Position numbers and translations under genes: made by a program
Part shown: in pieces, positions 62,342 through 64,000 of the stretch
How positions within the stretch are numbered: position 1 is the stretch's first letter
How the letters are laid out: each line of letters begins with the position of its first letter
Assembly: GCA_030295235.1 (NCBI GenBank)
Contig: AP026127.1
Span: forward strand, 248,001-312,000
Direction: 5' to 3'
Length of the DNA stretch: 64,000 nt
From: Fistulifera solaris
Lineage: Eukaryota
Notes under the pieces: model-generated
Databases searched by the model: none
Seen by the model: the letters and a program-made list of their open reading frames with translations, nothing else
What the model was told of the DNA's origin: nothing

Positions 62342-62889
62342 CTAAAATATGTCATCTTCTAATCCCCGCAAATACTCTCCGACATCCGCTTGATGCAGTA
62401 CCACATTCCCTGTTGGATCCAACTGTTGCGAGTGTTCCGTACTTTGCGCCGCCACGCCGAATCCGAGGGGCGTATCCGTCGACATGCTGTACACGACGAC
62501 ACCCGCATATTGTGGGGTATTTTCCGTCATGCGCGCCAATCCGTTCTTGGTAATGTGACTTCCATATAAGAAACTCATTTCCGCCGATGTTTTGACCCAA
62601 ACTTTGTACAGAGCGTGTTGGGCCAAATAATCGAGGGCCGTAATGTGCAATCGAAACTTGCCGCTTTTGGTGAATTTTCCCAAACAAGTACCGGCGTGTA
62701 GTAAATTGTCGCGACTGATACAGGTGGATGCTTTCATGAGTGATTCGCTAATATAGTAGACACGGTCTTTGATGAGACGAAAACAATAACGCTCGTCACT
62801 GCGATTGATGAGATGCTCGACGTTCTTGCCGATGTATTCGGAGAGTTTCAAAAGACCGATTTCGTTTCTTCTTCAGTCAACGGTCTCAT
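62342..62889 (-). CDS. NIP7: 60S ribosome biogenesis protein NIP7
   Basis: [39 protein letters not shown] and [10 protein letters not shown]. Frameshift at the homopolymer near 62851. Confidence 0.95.
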
Positions 62890-63329
62890 TCTTTATATAT
62901 TTGCTGAGATTCACAGCGCTTTGTTGTTATCAATGTGATTATTATATGACTTGACGCTATCGGTGGCGATGGAATGAAAGAACAAAAAAAGCGAGAAAAA
63001 ATCTCTTGGAGGAGAAACTCGTTTCGCCTGTCCGCTTCCGGCACCCTATAATCCTTTTGTGTGCGGTACCCAAAGCTCTATGCTCGAAAACTGACGAGAA
63101 AAATAAATAGAAAACCGATTGCCGTTACGACCTCGATGAGAAGGCTGCTTGGATTGATTTTCGACTTCGACGAACGCAAACAAAATTTATTTTCGTATTG
63201 TTGTTGTTGTTGTACCTGGTATTGCAGGCTTTCTTGACATTCTCTTTTCAAAACTAACAGAAGCCGTCGCGGTTGTGAAGAAAGGGTCAGAAGCCGTCGC
63301 GGTTGTGAAGAAAGCATATTGACGGATAA

Positions 63330-64000
63330 ATAAAATCCGTTACTGTCAAGGAACGACGAAGTCCTAATAAAGGGTTCTTTTCAATATCCCATCGTTCGAT
63401 TAATAATAAGTCCTGAGCTTCCAATCATTTCCCAGCATGTCATCAACACCCGGATCTCGTGTGCGTCGAGGTGGTGTTACTCGTACATCAACCGGGTCAC
63501 CATTGAGAGGAAAACTATTCAGCAATGCCAGTCAAACAGAAGACTCTTCCTCGAAAACGATATCACGATTGTATCAAGGACTTTTGCAATTTCGGAAATT
63601 TCGAAACAAGGAGAAGCACGATTCGTTACCGCATCATCACACGAAAGACAATGTGCATATACAAATTCCTTTGCGCATGATGATATCGACCTTGTCGATT
63701 TTCTTGTTAATTCCTTTGCTATTGTTTGGTTGGCGGCAACTATTTCATCCTCCGACGGTCGCTAGTATGGAAATCCGCAATAGTAGCAAAGTACTTCACA
63801 ACAATCATAACAAGTTTCCCACGTGGATGGATGAGATTCAGTTACCGCCGGAAATCAGTGACGAAGCGAAGAATGAGACGACAGCTGTCGACTCCCTTCG
63901 CGCGGATCCACTAGCGAACGATCCTGTTTCGAAAAATGACAGTCAACATGTGTCGGGTTCACAAAAAGAAGAAGCGGGGGAAGAATTAGAGGAAAGAATA
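63330..64000 (+). CDS. Partial hypothetical membrane protein running off the window
   Basis: Manual translation gives a stop-free frame from about 63330 to the end, with a hydrophobic segment MMISTLSIFLLIPLLLFGW. Start unknown. Confidence 0.4.

Noticed and set aside
43202..62889. Calling fmt, panE, NIP7 and others pseudogenes or programmed frameshifts
   Set aside because: Breaks sit mostly in homopolymers and catalytic motifs are intact. Assembly error is the simpler explanation.
63258..63314. 30-bp-period duplication cagaagccgtcgcggttgtgaagaaag
   Set aside because: Real, but only two copies with no associated structure, so no function can be argued.
1..64000. tRNA/rRNA genes, prokaryotic operons or defence systems
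   Set aside because: None recognised by eye. Spliceosomal introns, histone and Sec61 show this is eukaryotic nuclear DNA. A tRNAscan/Infernal run would be needed to exclude small RNA genes.

Overview
Eukaryotic nuclear DNA, gene-dense, with short (about 63-76 bp) GT-AG introns. Several proteins have signal peptide + ASAF(AP)-like bipartite leaders, which points to a diatom or related stramenopile (inference; species not determined). About 30 protein-coding genes are visible. Housekeeping and organellar genes include Sec61-alpha, NIP7, methionyl-tRNA formyltransferase, ketopantoate reductase, a UbiE/MenG methyltransferase, two ABC1K kinases, an M3 peptidase, a FAD oxidoreductase and a saccharopine dehydrogenase-like protein. 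Expanded families include an inverted DUF6604-like pair, three related ankyrin genes, two TM-RING E3 ligases and three LEA-like hydrophilins. Four MITE-like elements are present. Many genes are broken by 1-bp indels, mostly in homopolymer runs, most likely assembly errors. The most unusual items are: (1) a membrane-anchored polyprotein carrying nine identical His/acidic/Ser-Lys peptides separated by paired RXL motifs, i.e. silaffin/silacidin-like precursor logic; (2) a histone H2A fold behind a ~550-aa acidic N-terminal extension; (3) a V-ATPase proteolipid c paralog lacking the proton-carrying Glu; (4) a probably plastid-targeted DHH-DHHA1-CBS protein with an inserted EF-hand pair; (5) intergenic DNA dense in TA-flanked transposon-footprint motifs and 7-bp tandem duplications. 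All family assignments are from motif recognition by eye; no searches were run.
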